A stretch of DNA of 33,643 bases from Perkinsus chesapeaki ATCC PRA-425 (GCA_013115145.1 JAAPAO010000390.1:1-33643); one strand, 5' to 3'; positions 1 through 11,726 are shown, counted from the first letter of the stretch. Notes: generated by a model from the letters alone, not told the origin. Program-made: numbers and translations.

Positions 1-117
1 TCATAACATTAGACCCTTAGTTCGAGAGGTCCACTCATTCAGTGAGTTATATTGTGATGCTCTCTTATGGTCTAATGCTATGCCTCAACTCATAACATTA
101 GACCCTTAGTTCGAGAG
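1..117. repeat. 28-bp direct repeat at 89-bp spacing, with an internal inverted copy (possible end of a satellite array)
   Basis: TCATAACATTAGACCCTTAGTTCGAGAG occurs identically at 1-28 and 90-117. GGTCTAATGCTATG (69-82) is a 13/14 reverse complement of CATAACATTAGACC (2-15, 91-104). Truncated by the window edge. Confidence 0.75.
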
Positions 118-798
118 CCCCCCAGCTGATATTGATCAGCTTTGCTTCACCAATTACTGTTGTGTCGTTAATACTTCATCCAGACAGTATTATTTAGTTT
201 GAGAACTTGTACAGCAGATCACACATTGTCAGTGAGTGAGTAACTTGATTCAGGCAGCTACTGTTCCGGTACATCCATTCTGCCAAGATGGTTGATCAAC
301 GTCCACTTCACAACACGCGTGATGATGACCTGTTGCATGTTCACCCCCGCCTCTCAGAGAAGGACTCCTTCAGCTTCGGCCCGTATCGATCCACGCATCT
401 TGTGAAGTAACCCTAGATCATTCTCGGAAGCCTTCCTATCTAGGGTGATAGAAACCCCGATCATCATCGACTTGGCCACCTAGCATCCCAAACTAGTTCT
501 AGCTGGTCATTTAGTAGTAGAAACTTGTAATTCCGGCGAAGCCTACTCTACTTTCAAAAATGATATGTCTTAAGTTAAGGAATCCATGCGCTGGGCTAGA
601 CTGTAAAACTCGGGCTGTCGGGTATCCGATATGACAGCTTGAAATTAGTAGGCTAACTATCACAGAACAGCGAGTCGAAGACTCGAATTGAGCCACTTGT
701 AGGCTACCACTAGTCGATAATACCGCACAAGGAGAATGACTACAATCACCAAGTGAATTTTATATGAGACATGTACATGAGAGTATAATAACATAATA

Positions 799-1512
799 CA
801 GGATGTTCAATAAGTTAGGGTCCACCCCCTGTAACTTTTCATTGTGGACGAGTTGGAACCTGAGACCATTCGAAGGGCCTCATTTCCTTCTAAATATTGG
901 CATGTCATTCAAAGCCATTGCCGTGAAATGCGACTCGTAGTGTCGAACGACACGAGACGAAATTGAGAGAAAACCGCTGCCAGAACTGAAGAAGGTGCTC
1001 AAAGTGGCATCCATTAGCTTTCTGGACGAGTTTGAGTCTGAGAGTCCATCCTTCACAACCCTCCTTTATTGTCACGAGAGGTATCGCATCCCTCGCCGCG
1101 GTGAGAACTCGCTTCAAGTCGGCGACGGTATTGAGTTCGCCCGGTGCTTGGAGACCTCAGACTGCAGGAGACCCCAGGCCGCAAAGTCCATAACGTTAGG
1201 ATCTGGGCTCTTATTGGGCCACTGTGATTAGGTGATGAAATCTGTGATTCTGCTCTCTGTGAAGCAGCTCTGTACACCTAATGCTGTATGTGTAGTCGTG
1301 CCATCCTGTTGGTGCACCCTGGGGGGTTCTGCCAGCCCGATTTTACGGACTTCCAATCACTAAACTCGATGGCAAATTTTCAATAGCGTGCGAGCGAAAC
1401 CGCCAAAGAAACGCTTTGATAGAAGAAAATAATAGCCTTCAAATGGTATGTGTCTCGCGTTCCAACTCGTTCAAAATAAAAAGTTACAGGGGGAGGGCCC
1501 TAACTTATTGAA
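799..1512 (-). mobile_element. Internally deleted Tc1/mariner-superfamily (maT/DD37D-like) DNA transposon with ~90-bp terminal inverted repeats
   Basis: 806-866 and the reverse complement of 1452-1512 match at 54/61 by hand alignment, and the match extends less perfectly to 892/1420. The left end reads TA|CAGGATGTTCAATAAGTT, a TA target followed by a mariner-type terminus. The outer ~7 bp of the right TIR are missing. A transposase remnant lies inside. Confidence 0.88.
970..1311 (-). pseudogene. Tc1/mariner transposase C-terminal fragment (in-frame stop and frameshift)
   Basis: Minus strand reads QQDGTTTHTALGVQSCFTESRITDFIT*SQWPNKSPDPNVMDFAAWGLLQSEV. After a frameshift near 1130 it reads TVADLKRVLTAARDAIPLVTIKEGCEGWTLRLKLVQKANGCHFEHLL. 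These match the QQD, WPxxSPDLNPxD-W and GxHFEHLL motifs. The DNA-binding domain and first catalytic Asp are absent. Confidence 0.88.
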
Positions 1513-1858
1513 GTTAGGGCTGGTTCCCACATCGGAAACCAGCGGTGGTGTAAAAGTGGACGAGTTGGTAACTTCCATTCGAAGTACAAAAACTTGTTCT
1601 TCGTCGGGCGCCATATCACCCTGCCCAGCCTTGTTATATATTATCATTTACACGTGATACTATCTGAACGAAACATTTGAGTTTTGTATACATATTATCA
1701 CATCGCATGCCATCATATGCGAAAGGGAGGGTAGGAGACTATACTGTTGTGAGAGTAATCAAGTTACTTCAGTCTTAGAAAATATTGTACTTCATTTTAA
1801 TTCAGTAAGCGCGGGGATCTATTCTTTGGCTTTGCAAAGCGATCACGTCATCAAAAAA

Positions 1859-3153
1859 TCACCAGAATGAGAGAACGAGTATGGCAATCGAAATAGCTGA
1901 TAATCGCGCCGATGCTGCGCAGCCAGTGGGACACTCCTCCGGATATGATACACCATCGAGAGTTGTATTAAAAACTTGCATCAAAGAGCGGGCATCAGAC
2001 GGGAAGTAGTCGTGTTCCAGAGCGTAAATCATAATTCCACCAATACAGTTGTTGAAGATGAATTGGGTCTTATGCCGAATAATTGCTGGAGTGTTGAAGA
2101 AGGATCCATTGAAGAATCCATTCCCTAAAGGATCAGCTCCCTGGTCCACTAGTTCTTTATAGCCGAGATGCTGACGGTCTCTAGTCGAGCCATAGAGTGG
2201 AATCTGATACAGGGAAAAACTGTCCCCAATGCTTGTCCAGAATAGATGTGCTCACGATACAAATACTCCGAATTCTTGAGTCGCCACTAAGGCTCCAACA
2301 CTTACCCCAACAGCCAACTTATCAACTGGAAGATGAACTTTGTCCCGCCATGTATAGAACATATCCTCGGTCCAGCGAATGCTAGAGTGACCTTCAGGGT
2401 CCCAGATATTATCATAAGTCATCATCAATACCATATCAACAGCATCAACTACACCGCCACGCTTGGCGCAGTCGAACTGTTGCTCCCAAGCGCCAATGCT
2501 GAAATCACAAAGTCGTGAACGGTCGAATAATGACCGAAGTTCGAGAATTTATAGTTAGAGCGCGCTACTGGAAAAACGATGTAAGAGCAAGAAGAAAGGC
2601 TTTCACAAAAATACAAGTAAACCAGCTCGAAGACGTCAAATGACTATGCAACCCCTATAGGCACAACGTACTCCATTGTAATGTATGCTGATCTATTCGA
2701 TCGATGGACTCCTTCTTTAACCTTCTTCAACAATGTACCATAATTCGTACAATCACGGATGTCTTCTGGATATTCCCAGTCGAAGTTGATACCATCAAAT
2801 GGATATGTCTCAAACAACACCTTGGTTGTATTGACATAGAGATCCCATTTGCTTTCAGGCCCATCCATCAGATGCCGTGGAGTTGGAGTTACCCAGCTGA
2901 GCAACGCTCCATACTCATCGGCAATACTCCTGGCCATATAGAACTTCTCTTTCCATAACCGTGGCATAGTGTGCGAACCGTTTTGGGCAACTTCGGCACC
3001 AGACCAATAGATAACATGATTTACACCAGACTGGAAGAGCGCATGGTAGTACTCAGGTGACCAGTAGAGATGGATGGTGAAGGCAAAGAATGGAATGCTC
3101 ATAGCGCCGTTGAAGACCGCCAAAATAGATAGTAAACGAGTGATGCCCGACAT
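1859..3153 (-). CDS. Glycoside hydrolase family 18 (chitinase-like) protein, secreted, probably GPI-anchored; 3 exons
   Basis: N-terminal signal-like MSGITRLLSILAVFNGAMS. GH18 motifs FDGINFDWEYP, VDMVLMMTYD, GHSS, KLAVG|IPLYG and GGIMIYALEHD. Ends in a hydrophobic tail SAISIAILVLSFW*. GT-AG introns join the ORF pieces. Confidence 0.9.
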
Positions 3154-3387
3154 TAACGAGGAAATATTTGAACTGTGGAACGCGAATTGGCTGCTGAATA
3201 CTACATCACGGCTACATTAGAGGCTTTCATTAGAGAAACAGCGTGCACCTTGATGGGTCAATATACAATAGTAAATACGTGCTATAATATTCACAATACA
3301 TGTCTTTAGGGCAGGCGAGGTCTTACTATACCAAATGAAAATGCCGTATACAAGCGAATAGATCCTCAGTAGTTATATCAGGAGGAG

Positions 3388-6300
3388 TCAACAATGAAAA
3401 AGATTTGGCCAAACGAAGGACGACGCCATACAGTCATGTACTAAACGACTAGGAACGGAAGCAGGCTTTGTAGATTGACATGTGTACTTGTTTCATCTCG
3501 ACACCTTTCAGCCTGGTCATCCTCTGGTTGAATCTAATGTAATATGTACGTTAACGAACGGGTCCATCACCTCTGAGGTCCTCCCCCTTCAACGTCGCCA
3601 CCACTTCCTCTTCAAGCTTAGTTCTTGGCTTGGCTAGCCGATGCTTCAATCGCTGTAATCAGACTAATATAGTGTATATGCTAGTTATTCACCTTCGACA
3701 CTTGAGGATCTTGTGAGGCCCATTTTTGCAGCATTTCTGCTACAAGCGTACGAGCGTGCTGTCCAAAACGCAGACTGTCCTCGAAGAGCTCCTTCAGCCT
3801 GTTATTAAATCCAATCGCGTGTTCAATTGCGCGCCCTTGTGCCTACGACGGAAAAGCGCATAACAGAGAAGAGAGTAACAGCAAGCTTAGGGGTGAGCCA
3901 TGGCAGGTTATCACATCTGGAATGGAGTTGCGGTCGATTGCTAAACGTAAGATAGTGAAGTTACTCTCAACCGCCATGGCCAGAGACCGCCTGAATAGGT
4001 GACACTTGCTTTATTGTTGAATATCCCATCCCTGCCTATCTTAACTGCACTAAGTTTGGCCAAGTGTCTCGAAAACCTACCCGCCGCTCGGCCCGATTGA
4101 GTTTGAGAACATCACGATGTCCACCAAAGATCCACAGGGCCCGCCGGGCTCCACATGCGACAAAGTCTTCGCGATCGCAGATGCTCCTTCATCACCTACA
4201 AATAATGAATAATTACATAATCACAGCAAGGCGGCGGGTTAAGCTTTGGGTGTCTTCGCATACACACCAACGTAGTTATGCGGCAAGTCCAAGGTGTGCA
4301 GGTGAGGGAGGCTGCCAAGAGTACTAGCCAAGGCGATAGCCCCCTTCGGTAAGATATCGCAGTTCGATATCCTAGAAGAAGAAAGATAACACTGCACAGG
4401 GCTTCGACTGACCTCAGGATCTCCATATCGATACAATGGGCCAAAGCATTGCACAACAGTTCTCCGCCATGTGAGCCGAGAGAGTTACCAGAAATATTCA
4501 AGGAGCGTAGCGGCAACAAAGCAAGCGGCTGAAAATGAAGACATACTCACACGAAGAGCTTCAATGACAGGCAACAGACACTTGCCAGCTTTTCACCTTG
4601 ACGAAGCTTGCAAGACCAATGAGATCATATTGGCGTGGGCCTCCCGCACCATTGCTTGGAGTTGTAAATGCTATGAAGTTGTCGGATAAATCAACGTCTG
4701 CTAATGTAGGAGTCACACAAGCGTCAAGGCACCGGGAGAGGACTTCCACCTAAGAAAGGTGATATCAAGGAAATAGTGACCCAAGCAACAGACTGGCGAT
4801 CTTGGACAAACTTACATCAAGGCTGCATAACTGTCTATTCCCCAAGCTAAGCTCAGTCGATCCAACAAGGGAATGATACAAGGGAACTTCTCCACCGCTT
4901 AACCGTATGGTAGCATTGCTGATAAGAGTGGCAAACTTTATCAGATATCTACGGAAAATCACAGCCGTCAAATACAAGTGCATCAAAAAGTCGATCCCCT
5001 TACCTCTGCGTGAAAGGTGGTAAAGCATCGCCCCTAAGGTCCAGACTCGTACTTGGCACTCCATCATGATTAGACTGAACGAAAACACACTGCGAGCAAT
5101 GTGCCGGCGCTGATATTTTAGAAACGGGCACCTCGTCAAGTTGTTGTCCGGGTAAGATCGCATCCTTCAGACGCTTAGGGAGGGTTTGCAACTTTTCCTT
5201 GAGTCTTTGCAGTCGGCTGGCTATGTAAGCGAAAGGGGGTTCGCCTAAGAGCAATACTGCACTATAGATTCAATGTCAAGCAGGTGAATAGCGTGGGTCA
5301 TACGGCATGAATTCTCACTGACGGCTATCAGCGTGAGACCGGACTTACTTGATTCGTTATCAAGGACGTGAACTTCATTGGAGTCCCTAAACATATGGTA
5401 GTATCGTGCTGAAGATAGATGTAGGTTGCCAACTTTATCTCGAATGAGAGCATAGCCTCGATTATGTGAATGAGATCGTCAGATACTCTGCAGACGGGAC
5501 GCAGGTCCGCAGGTAGAAAGCGTTCATGCTCGGCGAATATGCATCTCCTCACACGCTCATCCACTGCTTGGCTCCTGAGGCTATATACAAGCAGATCATT
5601 ACGGGTGAAGAATCTTACTCGGTCGTCTCCTTGTACAAGTCTCTCACCTTGCTTGGAAGATATAGCGACTCAGACCAAGGGAAAGGACCACGCTCTTTAG
5701 GCTGTCCCGCGGAACTCTCCTTCGCAGTCATAAAATGATCCGCCAAGGAGGCGCTCAAAGCTTCCGTGCCGTGACTCATACCCAAGAAAGGCGGTAGTGA
5801 ACATACGCATTCGAATCTAGAAGGAAGAATGATCCGAGATGAAAATTATACAGAAGACTTACGCAATACAGCCAAGACTGTACAGGTCCCATGTAGAGGC
5901 TGCTGCAGGTATCTTGGCGTCCTTCTCCGACAGGGTTGGACTGGTATATCGGGCCTGGAATATTGCACATCATTGGCATACTCACGTCACCGAGCATGGG
6001 TTATAGTGAAAAGGGCTGCTGAGGGCGAGTCTCAACTGCTTACATCTCGGCTACAGCCCATCGCACATGCATCGGCCACACCAGCTGCTCTAGCATTGCA
6101 TAACCCGATCGAATCAGAAGCGGGGAGATAGTCAAAAGTGTCCCATTTACGGCCGGCGACCTACACAAGAAACATGCGTTAGTCTGCACTATAGCACGGG
6201 ACATGATACTGCCTAATGCTACGTACATTCTCGATCACCAAACAGGCCAATCGTGAGAAATATCCCCAACGCACTAAGTCACGGGAGGTCTCAGAAGTTG

Positions 6301-7572
6301 ACACCGCAATTTCGTTCGACGAAACCGTAAGATATGCGTCGCGCGCGCGTCCCTGGCGAGTAATGAAGATAACTAGGACGGTATAGTTGGCTGATGATAA
6401 GCTGGGCCACCAAATAGTGTCGGTTAACCCAGCTGAAGACCAGCTCAGACCAGCGAACATACTCACTCTCTCAGTATTCCATATAGATTCCTGCCAACCG
6501 ATGATGAGTACGTCCTCGAGTTGTCCTCCACGCAGGAAGATTGCACTAGGATCGAGTGCACTGTGCACTATCGGCTCAACAGTTTTGCCTGGTATAATAC
6601 TAAATATCCAAGAGGTTATACAGTAATAATAAAAAAGTCCCTTCCCTAGAATAACAAAGTTACAGACAGGAAAAGCTGCTACTTCGGTTTGAGGTGCCAA
6701 CGATTTGGAGTTGAACTAGTATTGATAGGATAGCCTCTAAAAGGCTGATAATCTCGAGCTCAGTGAGAGGCATCGGCAGAGGCCGTCGATGAAGCACGCT
6801 GAAAAAGTTGCCTTATGTGATTTAGGCATCGGAGATTACTCACCTTGGTTCGAAAGGTGTAGTGTGCTCATGTCCTATATATTCCCTTCTACGATCCAAG
6901 TACTCCTTTAACGTTATGCCTTCCAGCACCTCTGTTACCTGAACTCAAATACAACAATCGGCAATTCACTACTATGCACAATGTACATTGCACACTCCTA
7001 CTACACTATTTCTACATACGCTCACTAGTAGCAGTACAGTATTAACTAAGCTGAAAGCTAGTACATAAGAAATGGCAAGAGTCTTCTACCCGATAAAGGT
7101 AGCATCCCGTCGCCTCGCCGAAATCGAACACTTTCATCACTCGTCCGCTCAGTGACTCACACACCTGCGGCAGGAGAGTATCATTAGTCAGTTGACACAC
7201 AACGATGATCATTCACATTCTTGAGCAGGAATGATTCTCTCTTAAATCTTCGATTGATATACTCCTCGCTGTTAACTGGACGAATCCATAGAGCCAATTC
7301 GCTAGGCCTACTGTCCCCTGGCCTGAGCACCCATGCTCATCCATGAAAAGCTGCACCAACAATGCCGCTATCCTTACACATGCGTGTCCCTCAGTTCATC
7401 GGTTACGTGGAAGCCTAAGGTGCCCTCATTAAACTCGTCTAGTAGGGAGGCTAGACCTATTTATACTTGCGAAGCTTCTCAGGCCGACTGTCTTACCTGA
7501 TTGTAATCTTCGTAAAATCCTATAGCGCCCAGCGAACAACAGGCCCTCTTTAAATTGCGACGGTTGCAGCAT
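3388..7572 (-). CDS. Multi-exon protein with N-terminal pseudokinase domain and C-terminal RI-like leucine-rich repeats (single-gene status and 3' end uncertain)
   Basis: Kinase-fold segments appear in order: RYRILRRLQSG, GTLGFHV, ELALWIRP...FKRESFLLKNVNDH, LLEAILSILVQL, IVHSALDPSAIFL, LIIGWQES. Downstream LRRs: LADVDLSDNFI, LNISGNSLGSHGGELLCNAL, LPHLHTLDLPHNYVG. Middle exons were not fully resolved by eye. Confidence 0.6.
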
Positions 7573-7748
7573 GCCATACCTATGAGCTTCTATCCTATAA
7601 CATAGGAGGGCCAGACAGTCCACCTTACCCACCATACAGTATACCCGAAGTGATAGAATCACTTACCGACGATATCAACTTATCGCATACTCCCCATAGA
7701 CCTCGGAGGCAGCCGCGCATTGCACCTTAGCAAAACGACGGAACGCAA

Positions 7749-8930
7749 CTAGATGAGACTGTCAGCAGCATTATTACTCGTTCCTAACATAGCCGGACTC
7801 CCTACATTCTCATCCGACCGAGGAATTCGCTCACTTATTGACTGAAAACAAGGGTTCAATTCGTGTGCTTCATTTACAAAGCATGGCTGGGGTGTTACAT
7901 CAACGATATTAGGAATGCTCCCCTCGATGTCAGGGTAATCTAATCGAGACAAGTGGGAATACTGTACAACATGTATGCAAGACACCAAGTCCTCACTTAG
8001 CAGCTTAGACAACGCCAATAACGATTGATGGACAAACAACTCGAACTCCGTTGACGTTAGCCCTCCACGGGCCATGTTACCTGGAACAGGGTAACTCCAG
8101 CACAAAGGGACTAGAGTATGCAGTAAAGGTCGCCGGATATCTCGGGTTAGTCCTCGTATGAGTTGTGCTAGCGGAATGAGGCTCACTGGTTCGCATAGCC
8201 TTACAATCCGAGCTGTTATGCGAGCAGTGATCCAAGGCAAATGCCTTGGTTATCTGTCTAGCTTTATGATTCGCAGGAATTGGTAGTAGGATGCATATGA
8301 GGGCAGTCAAAGGCGTCAGGTCCGCAACATATGATGCTAATGAGAATGACGGCATTGAGCGGTATCATCACCAACAATGCCTACATCCAGCACCGCTGCC
8401 AGTAGTATACAGATCAGGTAGGACCTGAAGACGCCAATCCTTGGCTCCTTTTTGTTTACTAGACCAGATACTCTGCCACTCACACATATTGACCATAATG
8501 CGTCCAGCAGTAATCGTGGCACTTGTTCCGGAGTTCTGAACCCATCGCGTTTGCTCTCAATCGTTTCCGATTTAGAGGGGCGTCGGGAGCGTTGACGCCC
8601 TGGTTGCGGATTGGTTGGCCCTTCGATGGATAGTAAATCCCCAAGATAGATAGAATAGTTACTTCCTTCAACCGCGGTCGGGCATGGAATAGTTTTTAGG
8701 GTAGGACGGTTAATACACGTTTCCACAAGGTCGTCGAGGGCCTCTCGGCAAACTAGAAGCGGACGATTAGACTTCACCCACTCATCTACGAAAATAAGCC
8801 CGAACCTGCTTCAAGTTGACACATAATTCCTAACGATTATGTCTCACTCGGCTGCGAATCTGACAACGAGCTCCGGTCGCGATCTAGGTATCGCAGAAAG
8901 AACTTTGCTTAATGAACTGTGCTCTGTCAT
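7749..8930 (-). CDS. Hypothetical protein (multi-exon, helical and Leu-rich)
   Basis: ATG at 8930 gives MTEHSSLSKVLSAIPRSRPELVVRFAAE, then a GTGAG intron, then long open frames 8337-8777 and 7749-8240. No family recognised. Confidence 0.5.
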
Positions 8931-9159
8931 TATTGGTGAGCAATATGGTGAAGAAAGGTCTGTCAAATGACGGAATCCTCCCAGGGAGGAAAATCACCCG
9001 GCATGCGAGCTGCCCTGTTACCGACTAGTAGGAGGCTACTGACTAGACTACTGATAGTAGTAATTGTGACCAGCATCAACCGTGAGATAATAGAATGACA
9101 TCATAGTGAACACCACACGGCACGGCATGCATTGACAACGCAACCCAAGCTGTTTGTGA

Positions 9160-10341
9160 TTAACCTTGTCCTCCTCCGCGAAACCTTATCTCATGCGACG
9201 GTACAGCTTCATCTGATTCCTCGGTGCCGCTGTAACTCGAATCGTGATCACTTTCTGTCCACTCCTCTTCAGATCCAGAAATCGAATCCGAGGACCTGAA
9301 GGATGTCAATCAGCAGTTGTATATCCGCCAATATATCTTAACGGAGCCTTACCGCTCATCTCCCTCGTCACTATCGCTACTGTAATAGCTACTCCCACTG
9401 TAGGACTCCGACTCGTACGCAGACGAAGAAAACTCCGAAAAGTCCGAATCTGGCGCAAAGATCATCCCGGCTGCACAACTAACCTGGTCCGTTCATCTAC
9501 CTTTGTCCTCCAACTGCATCATCCGTTCGACAGCTCGTCGTTCATGTTCATATCTGCAAAGAGCAGCAGCGCATTCCTTCTGCGATATCGACCCATCCTA
9601 CGCCAACAGCTGGTCCTGTTCTCTCTGTGGGTCGTACATCTCATTCTGATATTTCAGTGCGATATTCGGGACGGCGCTTCGCTGGTATTCATCAACCTTA
9701 AGATGCTCATCGATCTCCTCGGTATTATGGTCCCCACACTAAAGATCTCTCGCTCTTTAACAGCCTCTGATCGGAGCAATTCTGGTCTGCGGCCGTGTTG
9801 CGCATCTTTGTAGAGCGCAGCCTGAGAAATTTGCTTCCGGTAGCCAAGAAGGTACTTCGTTACCATTCCGGGAACATCTTCCAGCGGTAAGTGTTCAGTT
9901 TTGGTCATTTCTATTTGTTGCCTCAAATCTTCTTTGTCGTATGGCTTGCTCATGACCTCGGCGAACCAGCCATCGAATGTCTGTCTTTTGCCTTCATCCA
10001 AGATGCTTTTACCCAACGCTGAGAAAAACACCGTCTTAGTTCGATGGTCAACTTCTCAGGTATGCTCACTGGATGACCTCAGTCCAAAGTACTTCTCTAC
10101 GTCTTCGCCCATCAGATCGAACTTGGCATTTCGTTTGGCTTCGGTATCAAACCGAAAGGAAGTAATTTCTCCATCCAATCGCTTAGCAAGTCCGTAAAGC
10201 CGTTGATATCTATATTGCGGACTATTGAACAAATAAGAGTTCTTGGTACTTTTTAAGCCCATGGTCATGCTTCTCTGTATCGCCACTTCTGCCTATAGCA
10301 AAGATAAGCAAAAAGGCTATCCAATAGGACGTAGCAGCCAT
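9160..10341 (-). CDS. Hypothetical secreted protein with Ser/acidic low-complexity C-terminus
   Basis: Signal-like MAATSYWIAFLLIFAIGRS. Removing a 40-nt intron (10210-10249) and a 51-nt intron joins it in frame to ORFs 10056-10286 and 9654-10031. The last exons encode SSAYESESYSGSSYYSSDSDEGDE...SEEEWTESDHDSS, with TAA at 9160. Confidence 0.65.
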
Positions 10342-10560
10342 GAAGTTGTTACCTATTGACAAAAAGTATATAACTAGGCGGAAACGGCCTACTATTACTG
10401 GAGACTAAGGCTTTGAAAAACAACCGCCCATCCAATTTCCGGGCCTCTATGAAGCTTGTGAGTAACGACAACAAGAAGAGGCCTGTGAATATCACATCTT
10501 CTGGTTAGAACGAGGTAGGCTTACATAAATTGATGAAACGGAGCCCCCGTAAAAGAGATA

Positions 10561-11726
10561 CTATTTTTTGTTGTCTTCTAATTCGCTGGCGAATCGACGA
10601 CATTTTTCCGGCGATTCTGACTCGGGGTCCGATATGTGATCGGTATGGAGTATCTCTACTCAGCTTTGGCGTTGCGTATCCACAGCATTATGACTTCCTC
10701 CCTCGGATCTTCTGGTATCATTCGCCGTGGATCATAACGCTAACAATGCTACACCGAGTGCTCTGTACTGTTTTTACTTTCCATGTTTCGACGACTCTTT
10801 GGAGGCCGTTTACTTTATAAAATATATCGGGATGTCTCTTGAATATTTCGTATCTACAGTTGGTCACGTTTGGTCCCGTGCACTCAATGCATAAGTCCCA
10901 CTGAATAACTCGCTTCTCCTCGTTTTCATCCGTTAGTGTCCTTCTGTAGACCATACGCTGTCTGTCGGAATCCAGCTTAGCGAGGTCAATGTAAGCATCA
11001 CGGGAACGAGGATCTTTCTTAGGGAGTAGTAGTTTAGGTATCTATTTGGATCTCTCTACTGATGGAACCACAGTGAATGCTTTGCCTCGCTTCTATGGAT
11101 ATGCGTCTTCACGTGGTAAGGTGACTTGAACCACCGGTATCTGCGGTATAGTATACAGAAATCTAAGATATGACATTCCGTAATGTAAGTAGTAGGGATC
11201 ACTAGGTCAGTGTGAACAGGGGCGTGGATGATAGTGAGGCACCAGTGAGATGCACCTCAAAGCCTTCCATATTTTTGCCCGATCCTCGTGGGGTATGTGG
11301 ACACGCTGTTGCCTCGATACCGTTTCAATTATGTCTTCAACTTCCCGCCCGGTCTGCCTTTGATTAGCCTCAATCAAATCAAATCCTACCAACAAGGACG
11401 GCCTATCTCCAGCTCAGCAATGTCTCTAGATACTACTACCCGAGTCCCGGAAATGGGGGTAATACTTCTCTAAGCTGATACTTGATAGTATGATTCTCAT
11501 GCTGACCTTCACAGGCAAGCTTACTAACACTCTTTTCTATGCTCTCTACCTGGGGACTAGTGGTTCTAAGTGCTTGCTCTACGGCTCTAGCTCGACTATC
11601 TCGTGCGAGTCTGCCTCGGAATGTCGTAATATCATCTACTGGGTCCGCGCCAACGCTTGATCGATTGTACTTGGCGACAGCTCCCCGCCGATACTCTGGA
11701 GACTCTCTCCTCTTCATGATTTGCAA
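10561..11726 (-). CDS. Hypothetical protein (multi-exon)
   Basis: Consecutive minus-strand open frames (11436-11726, 11207-11395, 10718-10954) are separated by intron-like gaps, with TAG at 10561. HIPHEDRAKIWKAL faintly recalls TBC-domain starts, but no other TBC motif was seen. Confidence 0.45.

Noticed and set aside
1-117. CRISPR-like repeat-spacer-repeat
   Set aside because: Only two copies, a 61-nt spacer that contains repeat-derived sequence, a eukaryotic context and no cas genes.
130-480. Interrupted minus-strand frame (VAKSMMIGVS...GVLL*EAGVNMQQ...)
   Set aside because: No recognisable motif and an internal stop, so I cannot support a gene or pseudogene call.
902-1231. Plus-strand frame resembling a cold-shock domain (LQVGDGIEF...RPQAAKSITL)
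   Set aside because: It is the antisense of the transposase remnant, whose motifs are much stronger, and it contains an in-frame TAG.
2155-2178. Spliced-leader-like ACCGTCAGCATCTCGGCTATAAAG on the minus strand
   Set aside because: It lies inside the GH18 exon (PLYGSTRDRQHLGYKEL) and needs several gaps to align. Short SL-like hits at ~281-291 and ~27443-27451 are also chance or coding sequence. No SL relic was seen upstream of the intronless genes.
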